Shown here piece after piece: positions 8,550 through 20,350 of a DNA stretch of 64,000 bases. The notes below the pieces were generated by a model that saw only the letters and a program-made list of their open reading frames with translations, did no database searches and was not told the origin of the DNA. The position numbers and the translations under genes are program-made. How positions within the stretch are numbered: the stretch's first letter is position 1; each line of letters starts with the position of its first letter. Source of the DNA: an uncultured Chloroflexia bacterium (GTDB lineage: Bacteria; Chloroflexota; Limnocylindria; Limnocylindrales; CSP1-4); contig OY970218.1 of the NCBI GenBank assembly GCA_963713975.1, positions 2,144,001-2,208,000 of the forward strand, given 5' to 3'.

Positions 8550-10568
8550 TCAGATCGCGACGCCGGCCCGCAGTCCCTCGAGCACCGCCTCCTCGATCGT
8601 CCGCGGCGAGAGCACGTCGCCCACGGCCACGACCTCGAACGATCCGGCAAGCGCCCCCGCCTCCAGCTCCGAGAGGAGCCCGTCCGCGGGCACGTGCCCC
8701 TGGGCCAGGACGAGCGCCGAGGCGTCCTCGACAACCACCGCGTCCCCGGTCAGGACGTCCTGGAGGAAGACCGCGGTCGAGTCGGCCCCGAACGGCCGCA
8801 GCGTGGGCCGGAGGTCCACACGCGCACGCCGGGCCGCGGCGATCATGGCGTCGCGCACGTACTGCTGGATCCGCTGGCCCGCCGTATAGCCCGACGAGGC
8901 GAGGGTCACGCGGTGGCCGCTCGTGGCCAGCAGCGTCGCGAGCCCGAGGCCGATCCAGTCGCACCGGAAATCGGCCACCACGACGTGACCGGGCGGCACC
9001 CTGGCTCCGCGGAGGACATCCCAGGCGTCGAGCACGACAGGCTCGCCCATGAGCTCGAGCGGCGGGCGGTACGGCACGGCGCCCGTGGCAACCACGACCA
9101 CGTCGGCGCCCGAGGCCCGCACGTATGCCAGGTCAGCGCGGGTACCGGTGAGGATGGTCGCACCGGCGCGCCGGGCCTCGCCCTCGAGGTTGGTGATGGC
9201 GCCGCCCATTTCCTCCCGCCCGGGGAGCAGCTGGGCCAGGCGCACCTGTCCGCCGACCCAGCGATCGGCCTCCACGAGGGTGACCCGGTGGCCACGCTCC
9301 GCTGCGACGGCGGCCGCCTTGAGTCCGGCGGGCCCACCGCCGATGACCAGCACCGTGCGTGCCGTCGCCGCCGGGGCGTGGCGGGCATGCCCCGGATCGC
9401 CGGCCCGCGGGAACTCCCGCTCCCGCCCGCTCTCCGGGAACTGGATGCACGAGATCGGGAAGCCGGCGTGGAAGTGCCCGATACAGGCCTGGTTGCAGCC
9501 GATGCAGGCCCGGATGTCGTCCAGGCGCCCGTCGGCCGTCTTCGCGGGCAGCTCGGGATCACAGATCAGCGCCCGGGTCATGATGCACATGTCCGCCTGC
9601 CCGGCAGCCAGGACGGCCTCGGCCTCCTGGGGCTGGTTGATCCGGCCGGCGAGGAACACCGGGACGCGCACCACGGCCTTCGTCCGGGCGGCCAGCGGCG
9701 CGTTGTAGGCGTTCGGGATCGGGGACGGTGGCACGATGTGGTCGGAGCCCGCGAGCGTCGCGGACGTGCCCACCATCACGCTCACGTAGTCCATCAGGCC
9801 CTCGGCATCGAGCGCCGCAAGGGCCTCGAGCGCCTCCTCGTCCGTGAGCCCTTCGGGCGTGATCTCCCCGATGGACAGCCGGACGCCGACCACGAAGCCA
9901 GGCCTGGTCGCGGCGCGGCAGGCAGCCAGCGACTCGCGCAGGAACCGCAGGCGGCGGGCCGGGTCACCGCCCCACTCATCGGTGCGCAGGTTGGTGCGCG
10001 GGTTGAGGAACTGCGACGCCAGGTACCCGAACCCCGCGAGGATCTCGCACCCGTCGAGGCCGGCCCGTTCGAGACGTGCCGCCGCGGGGCCGAACCCGGC
10101 CACGATCTCTTCGATCAGCGCCGCCGGCATCGAGCGCGGGATGACGTGGAAGCGTTCGGTGGGCACGGCGCTCGGGGCGAGTGCCACGGCGAGCGTCCCG
10201 TCGCTCGTGTCCATGATCTCCCGGCCGCCGTGGAACAGCTGCCCGAAGACCGTGGCCCCGTGGCGGTGGATGGCCTCCGCCAGCGCCGCGAAGCCGGGGA
10301 TCGCATCGTCCGTGTCCGCCGTCAGCTCGCTCGACGTGTAGCGCGCGGTGGGATGGACGCCCGCGACCTGGATCACGATCAGGCCCGCACCGCCGCGCGC
10401 CCGGGCCTCCTGGTACGCGATCAGCTGGTCGGTCACGAGGCCATCCACCGCCATGACCGTGTCGTGTCCCGAGGACATGATGCGATTGCGGATCGTGACC
10501 CCGCCCACGGTGAGCGGCGAGAAGAGGTGGGGAAAGGCAGGGTTGGCCGACGGCCGCGCGGTCTCCAT
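8550..10568 (-). CDS. NADH:flavin oxidoreductase (OYE barrel plus 4Fe-4S plus FAD domain; 2,4-dienoyl-CoA reductase/DgcA-like)
   Basis: ARARGGAGLI, GQLFHGG, QFLNPRTNLRTDEWGG, CIGCNQAC...C and GGGPAG. CATGCT-N6-ATG start. Confidence 0.85.
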   Translation of the reverse strand: METARPSANPAFPHLFSPLTVGGVTIRNRIMSSGHDTVMAVDGLVTDQLIAYQEARARGGAGLIVIQVAGVHPTARYTSSELTADTDDAIPGFAALAEAIHRHGATVFGQLFHGGREIMDTSDGTLAVALAPSAVPTERFHVIPRSMPAALIEEIVAGFGPAAARLERAGLDGCEILAGFGYLASQFLNPRTNLRTDEWGGDPARRLRFLRESLAACRAATRPGFVVGVRLSIGEITPEGLTDEEALEALAALDAEGLMDYVSVMVGTSATLAGSDHIVPPSPIPNAYNAPLAARTKAVVRVPVFLAGRINQPQEAEAVLAAGQADMCIMTRALICDPELPAKTADGRLDDIRACIGCNQACIGHFHAGFPISCIQFPESGREREFPRAGDPGHARHAPAATARTVLVIGGGPAGLKAAAVAAERGHRVTLVEADRWVGGQVRLAQLLPGREEMGGAITNLEGEARRAGATILTGTRADLAYVRASGADVVVVATGAVPYRPPLELMGEPVVLDAWDVLRGARVPPGHVVVADFRCDWIGLGLATLLATSGHRVTLASSGYTAGQRIQQYVRDAMIAAARRARVDLRPTLRPFGADSTAVFLQDVLTGDAVVVEDASALVLAQGHVPADGLLSELEAGALAGSFEVVAVGDVLSPRTIEEAVLEGLRAGVAI

Positions 10569-10695
10569 CCGCGGAGCATGGCGTGTCCGGCGGGCAGCGC
10601 GCCGGCCCGTCGCGCGGGGCGGTTGCACGGATGGGAATCTCGGTCACGAATGGTGCCCCGCCGCCGCCCTCCACGGCCCCTGCTATCGTCCCCGC

Positions 10696-11478
10696 ATGGA
10701 CGCCCACGAGCCCGGACCCGCGGCCGCTCCTCCGATCACGGCACACTGGCTCGGCCGCATCGGTTACCGGGATGCCTGGGGCCTCCAGAAGGGGCTCGCG
10801 AGGGCTCGCGCGGACGGCTCGATCGGGGACCAGCTCCTGCTCCTCGAGCACCCCGCCGTCCTCACCCTCGGACGTGGCGCAGACGAGGCCCACGTCCTCG
10901 CGCCCACGTCGCTGCTGGAAGCACGCGGCATCGAGCTCCTGCGAGTCGAGCGCGGCGGGGAGGTCACCTACCACGGCCCCGGCCAGCTGGTCGCGTACCC
11001 CATCGTGCGGCTCGCGGACCGGGGGCTGCTGCTGCGCCCGTTCGTACGAGCCCTCGAGGCCGCCCTCGCCGAGACGTGTGCCGCGTCCGGCGTCGAGGCG
11101 GGCCGACGCGAGGGCCACCCGGGATGCTGGGTCGGCCGGGAGGATCCGCTGCCGCGCAAGATCGGGGCCCTGGGCATCCGCATCGAGCGGGGCACCACGT
11201 ATCACGGCATCGCGCTCAACGTCGATGTGGACCTCGCCGACTTCAACCTGATCGATCCCTGTGGGATGCCGGGCCTCACCTCCACGTCGATCGCGCGCGA
11301 GGCGGGCCGCCCGGATGAGTCGCCGTCTACGGCCCGCGTGGCGGAGGCGGCCGCCGTGTTCGCCCGTGCCTTCGCCGCCCAGATCGGCGCACCCCTCGCA
11401 GGCACGCTGCCGTCGGAGGCGGATCCCGTCGCGGAGCGCCTGGAGCTGGAGCGCGTGGCCGCCCTGGTGGCGGCATGA
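10696..11478 (+). CDS. lipB: Lipoyl(octanoyl) transferase
   Basis: LLLEHPAVLTLGR, RGGEVTYHGPGQLVAYP, KIGALG, HGIALN and IDPCG. Confidence 0.93.
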   Translation: MDAHEPGPAAAPPITAHWLGRIGYRDAWGLQKGLARARADGSIGDQLLLLEHPAVLTLGRGADEAHVLAPTSLLEARGIELLRVERGGEVTYHGPGQLVAYPIVRLADRGLLLRPFVRALEAALAETCAASGVEAGRREGHPGCWVGREDPLPRKIGALGIRIERGTTYHGIALNVDVDLADFNLIDPCGMPGLTSTSIAREAGRPDESPSTARVAEAAAVFARAFAAQIGAPLAGTLPSEADPVAERLELERVAALVAA

Positions 11479-11514
11479 GCGCCGGGGCGGCATGAGCGCC
11501 GCGGGAGGACGGCC

Positions 11515-12519
11515 GTGAGCCAGGGCCTGTTCGAGCTGCGCAAGGACGCCATCACGGGCTGGTGGGTGGCCACGATGGTGGACCGCACCTTCGCCCGCGA
11601 GCGGTTCGCGCTCGCCGCGGCCCGGATCGACGACCGCGACGACTGCTTCAACTGCCGAATCCCCGAGGGCGACGGCGTCCGCCTGCGCACACTCAAGGAC
11701 TTCGCGTTCACGGTCGCCGGCACCGAGGAGGAGGCGCGCGCGCGGGAGGGTTCGGTTGCCCAGGTGACGATCGCGGACGCGCGCGCGGCCGGGGCCTGGC
11801 GGACCGTGGTCGCGCCGCCCGGCGAGCACCGCGCGCTCCACGCCGTCGGCAGCGGGATCATCGAGCAGCTCCTGCGCGGCTCGCGCGACGCGATCGTCGC
11901 CAGCCGCGCGGCGGACCGCACGCAGTACCTGCAGGTCGTCCAGAACTGGGGAGCCCAGGCCGGCGCCCGGACCAACCACCTGTGCCTCGACCTGTACGAC
12001 CTGCCCCAGATCCCGCACCGGATCGGGGAGGAGCTGGGCGGTGCGGCGCGGTACCTGATCCGCGAGGGCGAGTGCCCGTACTGCCGGCTCGTCCGCGACG
12101 AGGTCCGCCGGGCCGACCGCCTGCTGTATGCCGACGACCACGCCGTGGCGTTCGCGCCCTACGCGAGCCGCTCGCCGTTCGAGATCTGGGTCGTGCCCCG
12201 CCGTCACGATGCGGATTTCGGCCGCGCCACGGACGCGGACATCGCCGCCGCCGCCGAGGCGTTGCGCCACGTGCTGGGCCAGCTGGCCTCGAGCCTCGAT
12301 GGCCCGCCCTACAACCTGGTCCTCCACACCGCGCCGCTGAAGGAACAGGTCGACGCTACCTACCACTGGCACTGGGAGATCCACCCCCGATTGCGCGAGA
12401 TTGCGGGCCTGGAGCTGGGGACCGGCCTGCCGGTCAACCCGGTGTCGCCGGAGGACGCCGTCGACGAGCTCCGGGCGGGTCCCGGTCCGGACACGCCGCC
12501 CGAGCATCCGAGGCGGTGA
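11515..12519 (+). CDS. GalT-like (HIT superfamily) nucleotidyltransferase homolog
   Basis: ELRKDAITGWWV, CxxC, NWGAQAGA, CPYC, PYASRSPFE, YHWHWEIHPRL and GLELGTG..NPVSPE. The HPH motif is altered to HLC. Confidence 0.8.
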   Translation: MSQGLFELRKDAITGWWVATMVDRTFARERFALAAARIDDRDDCFNCRIPEGDGVRLRTLKDFAFTVAGTEEEARAREGSVAQVTIADARAAGAWRTVVAPPGEHRALHAVGSGIIEQLLRGSRDAIVASRAADRTQYLQVVQNWGAQAGARTNHLCLDLYDLPQIPHRIGEELGGAARYLIREGECPYCRLVRDEVRRADRLLYADDHAVAFAPYASRSPFEIWVVPRRHDADFGRATDADIAAAAEALRHVLGQLASSLDGPPYNLVLHTAPLKEQVDATYHWHWEIHPRLREIAGLELGTGLPVNPVSPEDAVDELRAGPGPDTPPEHPRR

Positions 12520-12540
12520 GCGGGACGGGGGGAGGAGTCC

Positions 12541-12566
12541 GTCACACGGTGCGCGATCGCTGCGTC
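12541..12566 (+). promoter_or_regulatory. Putative ECF sigma promoter GTCACA-N16-CGTC
   Basis: GTCACA at 12541-12546, a 16-nt spacer and CGTC at 12563-12566, directly upstream of the ECF sigma gene. Confidence 0.6.
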
Positions 12567-12631
12567 ACAAGGGCCTGGAGCACACGGCTCCGGATCGGGG
12601 GGAGCAACGGATCCCCAGCACCGGAGTACTT

Positions 12632-13279
12632 GTGGTCGCAGATCCCCTGGAGCTCGAACGGCGGCGGGTCATGCCCGCGGGCTTTGCCGTGAGCGCCGCG
12701 TGGGATCGTGACGAGGCCTACCGCTTCGTCGAGGACCTGTTCGCAAAGCACCAGAACGAGATCTACGCGTACCTCGTCCGCATGCTCCGCGACACGGAGC
12801 TCGCCGCGGACCTGACCCAGGATGCGTTCGTCAAGGCCTACCGGGCCTACGACTCGCTCCAGAAGCCCGAGAACGCCCGCGCCTGGCTGTACCAGATCGC
12901 GCACCGGGTGGCGCTCGACGACCTGCGGCGCAAGCGCATCGTGCGGTTCATCCCGCTCGTCGGCGAGACCCGCAACTCCGCCCCGTCTGCTGAGCACCTG
13001 GTGATGGAGGCCCGCCTGTCGGGGGAGCTCCAGCGCGCGCTGGAGAGGATCCCGGAACGCCAGCGGTCCGCCCTCCTGCTCGCCGAGCTCCACGACATGA
13101 CGGGCCTCGAGCTCGCGGCCGCCCTCGGCGTGTCGCACGTGGCCGCGCGGGCGCTGCTCACCCGGGCCCGTGAGAGCCTCCGCCAGGCGCTGTCCGCCGA
13201 GCGCCAGTCAGCTGCCGATGCGGAGTCCGCCGCCGATGCCGGGTCCGCTGCAGGGCGTGATGGGGAGGCGCGGCGATGA
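12632..13279 (+). CDS. ECF RNA polymerase sigma factor
   Basis: AADLTQDAFVKAY, RAWLYQIAHRVALDDLRR and a region-4 HTH. Start uncertain (12632, 12671 or 12689). Confidence 0.9.
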   Translation: MVADPLELERRRVMPAGFAVSAAWDRDEAYRFVEDLFAKHQNEIYAYLVRMLRDTELAADLTQDAFVKAYRAYDSLQKPENARAWLYQIAHRVALDDLRRKRIVRFIPLVGETRNSAPSAEHLVMEARLSGELQRALERIPERQRSALLLAELHDMTGLELAAALGVSHVAARALLTRARESLRQALSAERQSAADAESAADAGSAAGRDGEARR

Positions 13280-15012
13280 GGTCGCTCCACCGCGCCACGG
13301 GCGATCACCAGCGCGCTCGCGAGCTCGCCGCCGTGCGCCAGGGCGAGCTCCTCGAGACGGCGGACGCGGCGTGGCTGGACAGCCATCTCGCGGGTTGCGC
13401 GGACTGCGCAGGGGTGGCAGCGGCCTACGATGCGGACCATCTTGCCTTCGGGGCGCTGCGTGAAGCGGTACCGATGCCGCCGCGGGACCTGTGGGCGCGC
13501 ACCGCGGCCAGCCTGGACGCCGAACCTGGCGCCCGTGTCCGCCTCGGTCGTCCGCGCCGCTCCATGGACCGGTCCTCGGCCCTGCTGGCGCCTATCGCCG
13601 GTATCGCCGTGGTTGCCATCGTGGTGGGTTCCGGCCTGCTCAACGGGTCCACGTCGACGCCCGGGGCCCTGGCCCCGTCCGCAGCACCTCCCACGCCGAT
13701 CGCCATGACCGCGCGCGACGTCTCGGTCCTGAGCATGGATTCAGATGGCGGTTTCCAGATCCAGACGCGGCGCGTGGACGAGGTCTGTCCGCTGGCTGCG
13801 TCGGAGTGCCAGGTGGAACCCTCCTTCGAGGTGGCCCAGGTCGCCGGGATCGGCGGTTGGGACAGTCTTGACGCGATCATCTCCCCCACGAAGGACAGCC
13901 TGGTGCTGGTCCAGCGGGGCACGTCCGGGTCTGATGGCGTGTTCGTGGTCCCGGTCACGCGGCCGACCGCCAGCCCGCCGCCCTCGCCGCCGGTGGCCAC
14001 CGTTGCGCCGGCGACGCCGAAGCCGACCCCCGACTCCACGCCGGAACCTGCCACCGGGGCGCCGTCCGTCGCGCCCACGGAGGCACCGTCCAGCCCGGAC
14101 GGCTCGCCGTCCGAGGCGCCGTCCGAGTCTCCCCTCGACACGCCGCCGGCGACCCCGGAGCAGCCAACGACGCCTTCCGAGACGCAGGAGCCGACACCCG
14201 AGCCGACACCGGTCGTGGCAGTGACCCCGGTGCCCGGCGGTGCGGTCGAGATCGCCAGCAACGTCATCGTCGTCGGGAGCATCTCCGGTTACAACGCCGA
14301 CGGCAGCCGGTTTGCCTTCACTGCCCGGCCTGCCGACGGGTCTGCGGGGCCCGACGTCTACGTGTGGAACACCGACGACACCGTCGCACGCGCCGTGACC
14401 ACCGATCACCGGTCCGTGCTCGCGGGCTGGGACGGGCGCCACCTGCTGGTCAGCCGGGTCGTGGACGGCACCCCACGGACGTTCACCGTGAACGCCAAGA
14501 CCGGCGAAGTGGTGGCCGAGCAGGGTCGCGCCGCCTGGCTGCCGACGATCGCGCCGTCCGGAGACCGTGCTGCCTGGTGGGACGGGTCGGTCCGTCTCGC
14601 GGACGACGGGGTCACCTGGGCTCCCGAGAGCGGACGGCTCGTCGTGGGCTCCTGGCCGGATCCGGTCGGTGGCGGGCAGGTGCTGGTCGAGGGCGGCGTG
14701 CCTGACTGGCAGGTCCGCTGGGCGCCCGATGGCTCCGCCCTTGCCGTCTGGATCGCGGGCAAGCGCTCTGCGGATCCCGGGTTGCTTGACCTCTACGCGA
14801 TTGACCCCGAGACGGGTCGCGTGCTCGTCGATTCGCCGCTGCTCAAGGGCGCGGACGCGTTCGAGGGCTTCTCCCTGCAGGACGGCCACCTGGCGTGGTC
14901 GGCCCCCGGCAACGGCGGCGATCGGACCGTGCAGGTGCTGGGCTGGGAGGGTGACGCGGTGCTCGGTGGCCTGCAGCTTCCGGCCGCAGGTGGGGCCACC
15001 GTCGTCCGCTGA
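13276..15012 (+). CDS. Zinc-binding (ZAS) anti-sigma factor with TM helix, Pro-rich linker and extracellular beta-propeller-like domain
   Basis: HLAGCADC (HxxxCxxC); ATGA overlap with the sigma gene; one TM segment; TolB-like WAPDGS repeats. Confidence 0.8.
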   Translation: MRSLHRATGDHQRARELAAVRQGELLETADAAWLDSHLAGCADCAGVAAAYDADHLAFGALREAVPMPPRDLWARTAASLDAEPGARVRLGRPRRSMDRSSALLAPIAGIAVVAIVVGSGLLNGSTSTPGALAPSAAPPTPIAMTARDVSVLSMDSDGGFQIQTRRVDEVCPLAASECQVEPSFEVAQVAGIGGWDSLDAIISPTKDSLVLVQRGTSGSDGVFVVPVTRPTASPPPSPPVATVAPATPKPTPDSTPEPATGAPSVAPTEAPSSPDGSPSEAPSESPLDTPPATPEQPTTPSETQEPTPEPTPVVAVTPVPGGAVEIASNVIVVGSISGYNADGSRFAFTARPADGSAGPDVYVWNTDDTVARAVTTDHRSVLAGWDGRHLLVSRVVDGTPRTFTVNAKTGEVVAEQGRAAWLPTIAPSGDRAAWWDGSVRLADDGVTWAPESGRLVVGSWPDPVGGGQVLVEGGVPDWQVRWAPDGSALAVWIAGKRSADPGLLDLYAIDPETGRVLVDSPLLKGADAFEGFSLQDGHLAWSAPGNGGDRTVQVLGWEGDAVLGGLQLPAAGGATVVR

Positions 15013-15135
15013 TCGGGCCGCCAGAGCGCCTGTTGCACCCGCGCACCACAACCGGGAACCGGCACCGGAACAGGCAAACGCCGGCTCCCGCCCGCAACCA
15101 CCGCACTCGGCCGAATAGGGTATGTTCCCTATGTA

Positions 15136-15687
15136 ATGCGACGTAGACCGGTCGTTGCGGTCGCAGCGCTCATCGCTGCGTTCGCACTGGTCGGCTTGCC
15201 CGTTCCGGCGGAATTGCGGATGTCGTCCGCGGCCCGGGACCTGCAGCCGGTGTCATTCACTTCGGTGACCATTCCCGCGGATGCCCCCGCTCAGCGAGCC
15301 AGGGGCGCGTCCGACACTGCCCTCGATTCCGCGAATCGCCTGTCCGGCGCTGAACGGTTGGCCGAGCTGGGCACGGCGCCCGCGCTCCCGTCGAAGCGGC
15401 CCTCCGTAACGCAGCCGCTCGCGGCCGCGGGATCCGACTGGAAGGAGCCCAAGTCCAAGGTCTCGGGGTACGCCACGTTCTACGACAACGGCACGACCGC
15501 CATGCGGCTGCCCCGCGGAACCGTCGTCCGGATCTGTGGTGCCGGTGGGTGCATCCAGCGGACCGTCACCGATTACGGGCCCCAGAAGAAGAGCCGGGTC
15601 GTGGACCTCTATCGGCCGGACTTCTTCAAGATCTGCGGCTGCGAATTGTGGTCCGGCACCACCAAGGTGACCGTCTCCATCTACTGA
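15136..15687 (+). CDS. Secreted protein with an RlpA-like double-psi beta-barrel domain
   Basis: Signal peptide; GYATFY...AMRLPRGTVVRICG...VTDYGP...VVDL. Confidence 0.65.
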   Translation: MRRRPVVAVAALIAAFALVGLPVPAELRMSSAARDLQPVSFTSVTIPADAPAQRARGASDTALDSANRLSGAERLAELGTAPALPSKRPSVTQPLAAAGSDWKEPKSKVSGYATFYDNGTTAMRLPRGTVVRICGAGGCIQRTVTDYGPQKKSRVVDLYRPDFFKICGCELWSGTTKVTVSIY

Positions 15688-17419
<1,732 letters not shown>

Positions 17420-17423
<4 letters not shown>

Positions 17424-18814
17424 GCGAGGTTGCGGATGGCCTGGTCCTGCGGGGCTGGGCAGTGGACCCGGCGAGCGGACACGATGGCGCTGCCGAGGTG
17501 TCGGTGCAGAACGGCGTGCTCGAGCGCCTGACCTGGCTCTCCGGATCGGACGCGGACGGCCTCGGCCCGGAGGGGACGCTGATCCTGCCCGGCCTGGTGG
17601 ACCTGCATGCGCACTTCCGCGAGCCCGGCAACGAGGATGCCGAGACGGTCGCCACGGGCCAGGCGGCGGCGGCGCACGGAGGCTTCACCACGGTTGCCGT
17701 GATGCCCAACACGACCCCGGCCGTCGACGAGCCAGGGGTTGTGGCGCGGATCCTCGCGGCCGCCTCGTCCTCCGGCTCCCCCGTGCGGGTGATGGTCCAC
17801 GGAGCCGTTACCGCAGGTCGCAAGGGGGAGACGCTGGCCGCGTTGGGCGAGCTTGCCGACGCCGGCGTCGCGGGCTTCTCCGATGACGGGGCGCCCGTGC
17901 ACGCTGCCGCCATCCTGCGCAATGCCCTCGCCTACGCGGGCTCGCTGGGGCTCCCGGTCATCGACCACCCGGAGGACCCGGCCCTCACCGGTGGCGCAGA
18001 GGCGTCTGAGGGCTATGTCGCCAGCGTGCTCGGGCTCCGCGGCTGGCCGGTCGCCGGCGAGGCGGGCGCCGTCGCCAGGGCGATCGCGATCCTCGCCGAC
18101 GTGGTGGCTGACGTGCCGGGCGCCAGGCTCCACCTGACCCACGTCTCCACGGCCGCGTCTCTGGACCACGTCCGGGCGGCAAAGGCCGCGGGCCTGCCCG
18201 TGACCTGCGACGTCACGCCGCACCACCTCGCCTTCACGGATGAATGGATCGCCGGTTCGCGGCGCTGGGCGTGGGAGGCGCTGGGCCCGGATGGCTCGGC
18301 GCGGGACCCGTGGGTGGACGGGTCGCTGGTCGCCGCGCCGTTCGACACCTCGCTGCGGGTGAATCCCCCGCTGCGGTCCGCACCCGATGCCGCCGCCTGC
18401 ATGGCGGCGCTCGCCGATGGGACGGCGGACGCGATCGCCACGGACCACGCGCCGCACACCGAGGTGGACAAGCACGTCGAGTTTGGCTGGGCGATCAACG
18501 GCATCAGCGGGATCGAGACCGCACTGCCGATCGCGCTGGCGGCGGTTGAGGCGGGGCTGCTGCCCCTCGCGCGGGCCGTGGAGGCCCTGACCACCGGTCC
18601 GGCGCGGATCCTCGGGGACCGGATCGCGGTGGAGCCGGGACTTCGTGAAGGCGAGCCGGCCGACCTCGTCGTCGTGGACCGGGGGGCGCGCTGGACCGTG
18701 ACCCGGGAGACGTTGCGCTCGAAGGGCAAGAACTCACCCCTGCTCGGCCGCGAGATCCGCGGCGTCGTGCGGCTGACCCTCGCCGCCGGCCGCGTCGCCT
18801 ACGGCGCCGACTGA
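17420..18814 (+). CDS. pyrC: Dihydroorotase
   Basis: PGLVDLHAHFREPG, GGFTTV..MPNT, VNPPLR and ATDHAPH. Confidence 0.93.
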
Positions 18815-18866
18815 CGCTCGGCCGGCCCCGTCATCCGGCCCGAAACGCCGACCGTGCCACCCGGGG

Positions 18867-19880
18867 TCAACGGCGCACCGGTGCTGGCACGGCCACCGGA
18901 CGGCCCGCGCCAAGGACCCGCAGGTCGCGCTCGGCCATGAGCATCCAGCGCACGCTGCGGACCATCCCCGGGCCGCGTGCCCCGTCGAGCACACGCACAT
19001 ACCAGACGGGTTCGGACGGGGATCCCGCGCCGGCGACCAGGGCGGCCGCCGGATCGAGCGCGGCGACTGCGTCCGGCCATAGCAGGACGCCCGACAACGG
19101 CAGGTCTGCCGCATCGAGGAAGGCGAACGGGTTTGGTCGTCGCTCACCCGTGTCAAGGCGGCTCGCGATGAGGGGTGTCAGGCCGACACGCGCGCCGTCG
19201 GCCCAGGCGAAGCGCTCCACGACGAGCACCTCCTCGCAGGTGTCGGGCCCGATCCCACACCGCGGTCCGGAGGCTCCGAACCGGCCGATCACCAGGACGC
19301 GGGGATCTCCGTCGACGGCGGGACGGGTCGCATCGGTGACCGCTGCAGGCAGACGCACGCCGATCGGGATGGACAGGTGGACATGGGGGGCGACTGCGCC
19401 GAGAAGCGTGTCGCGCGCGGCCCGGGGCGCATCCGCAAGGGTGGCCGCCCGCTCGCACCACGGGCCGAGCGATCCGCCGGCCTCATCGACGCAGGCGCCA
19501 TCGACCGGCCCGAGGCCGCGGAGGTAGCCGGTCACCGCAAGTGCCACGGCGGCTCCACCTTCGTCCTGTGCGGCAAGTGCCTCGCCCACGGTCCGGGACG
19601 AGAGGTCGCCGAGCTGGCCCGGGGGCTCGGGAGACCCATCCAGGATGACCGCGGGCGATGGGGAGGCAGGGACCGTCGACGGCGACAATGCCGATGGCGC
19701 CGTGGTCCCGGCGGGACCGGCCACGGCGGGCGTCGGTGCCGTCCTGTCCTCCGGCCTCGACCCGAGCACGCCGACGGCCACGACCGCGGCCAGCAGTGCC
19801 ACCGGCACGATGAGGGCGGCCAGGCGCACCGCGCGGCGGACCGGCGATCGCGGGTTGGTGGGAGTCGGCTCGATGATCAT
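18867..19880 (-). CDS. Hypothetical membrane-anchored protein
   Basis: N-terminal TM helix, Pro/Ser linker and paired cysteines; no family recognised. Confidence 0.55.
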   Translation of the reverse strand: MIIEPTPTNPRSPVRRAVRLAALIVPVALLAAVVAVGVLGSRPEDRTAPTPAVAGPAGTTAPSALSPSTVPASPSPAVILDGSPEPPGQLGDLSSRTVGEALAAQDEGGAAVALAVTGYLRGLGPVDGACVDEAGGSLGPWCERAATLADAPRAARDTLLGAVAPHVHLSIPIGVRLPAAVTDATRPAVDGDPRVLVIGRFGASGPRCGIGPDTCEEVLVVERFAWADGARVGLTPLIASRLDTGERRPNPFAFLDAADLPLSGVLLWPDAVAALDPAAALVAGAGSPSEPVWYVRVLDGARGPGMVRSVRWMLMAERDLRVLGAGRPVAVPAPVRR

Positions 19881-19934
19881 CGCTTGCCCGACTCTACGAT
19901 GCAAGGGCTCCGCTGGATGTGAGGCCTCGGCCGG

Positions 19935-20315
19935 CTATTCCGGCGGCGGCGTCGGACCCAGGCCGGGCGGGGGCCGGCCGGAGCGGCAGCTGAAGCAGGT
20001 GTCGCGATCACCGGCGTTCAGGGCCGAGCACGACGCACATGTCCACCACGCGCTCGGATCGGTCGGGCGCGGCAGCGCGGCAGCCTCGCGGCGCAGGCGC
20101 ACCGCGACCACGGCGGCCGCGATCATGCCGGCCGTCACCAGCACCAGCATCAGCAGCACCGGGGTCACAAGGTCGCCAGAGGTGTCGACGGGGATCCCGT
20201 ACTCGTTGACCTTTGGCGAGGGCTCGTCGGCCGACACGGGGGACGCCGCCATCGCGGCGACGCCGAGTGCGGCGAGCCAGACCAGGAGCGACAACGCCCG
20301 ACGTGTCCAAACCAT
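19935..20315 (-). CDS. Small membrane protein with a RanBP2-type zinc finger
   Basis: Two hydrophobic segments followed by WTCASCSALNAGDRDTCFSC. Confidence 0.7.
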   Translation of the reverse strand: MVWTRRALSLLVWLAALGVAAMAASPVSADEPSPKVNEYGIPVDTSGDLVTPVLLMLVLVTAGMIAAAVVAVRLRREAAALPRPTDPSAWWTCASCSALNAGDRDTCFSCRSGRPPPGLGPTPPPE

Positions 20316-20350
20316 GTCTCAGGCCTCGATGGCAGGGGCGGCGAGGGTCG

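Noticed and set aside
8448-12507. Very long alternative-frame ORFs (956 aa at 8448, 843 aa at 9976, and similar ones such as 21682-24285)
   Set aside because: They are antisense or off-frame shadows of real genes, expected in high-GC DNA. They are Arg/Pro/Gly-rich and carry no motifs.
13960-14230. Repetitive Pro/Thr/Ser-coding DNA
   Set aside because: It is an ordinary low-complexity linker within the anti-sigma factor.
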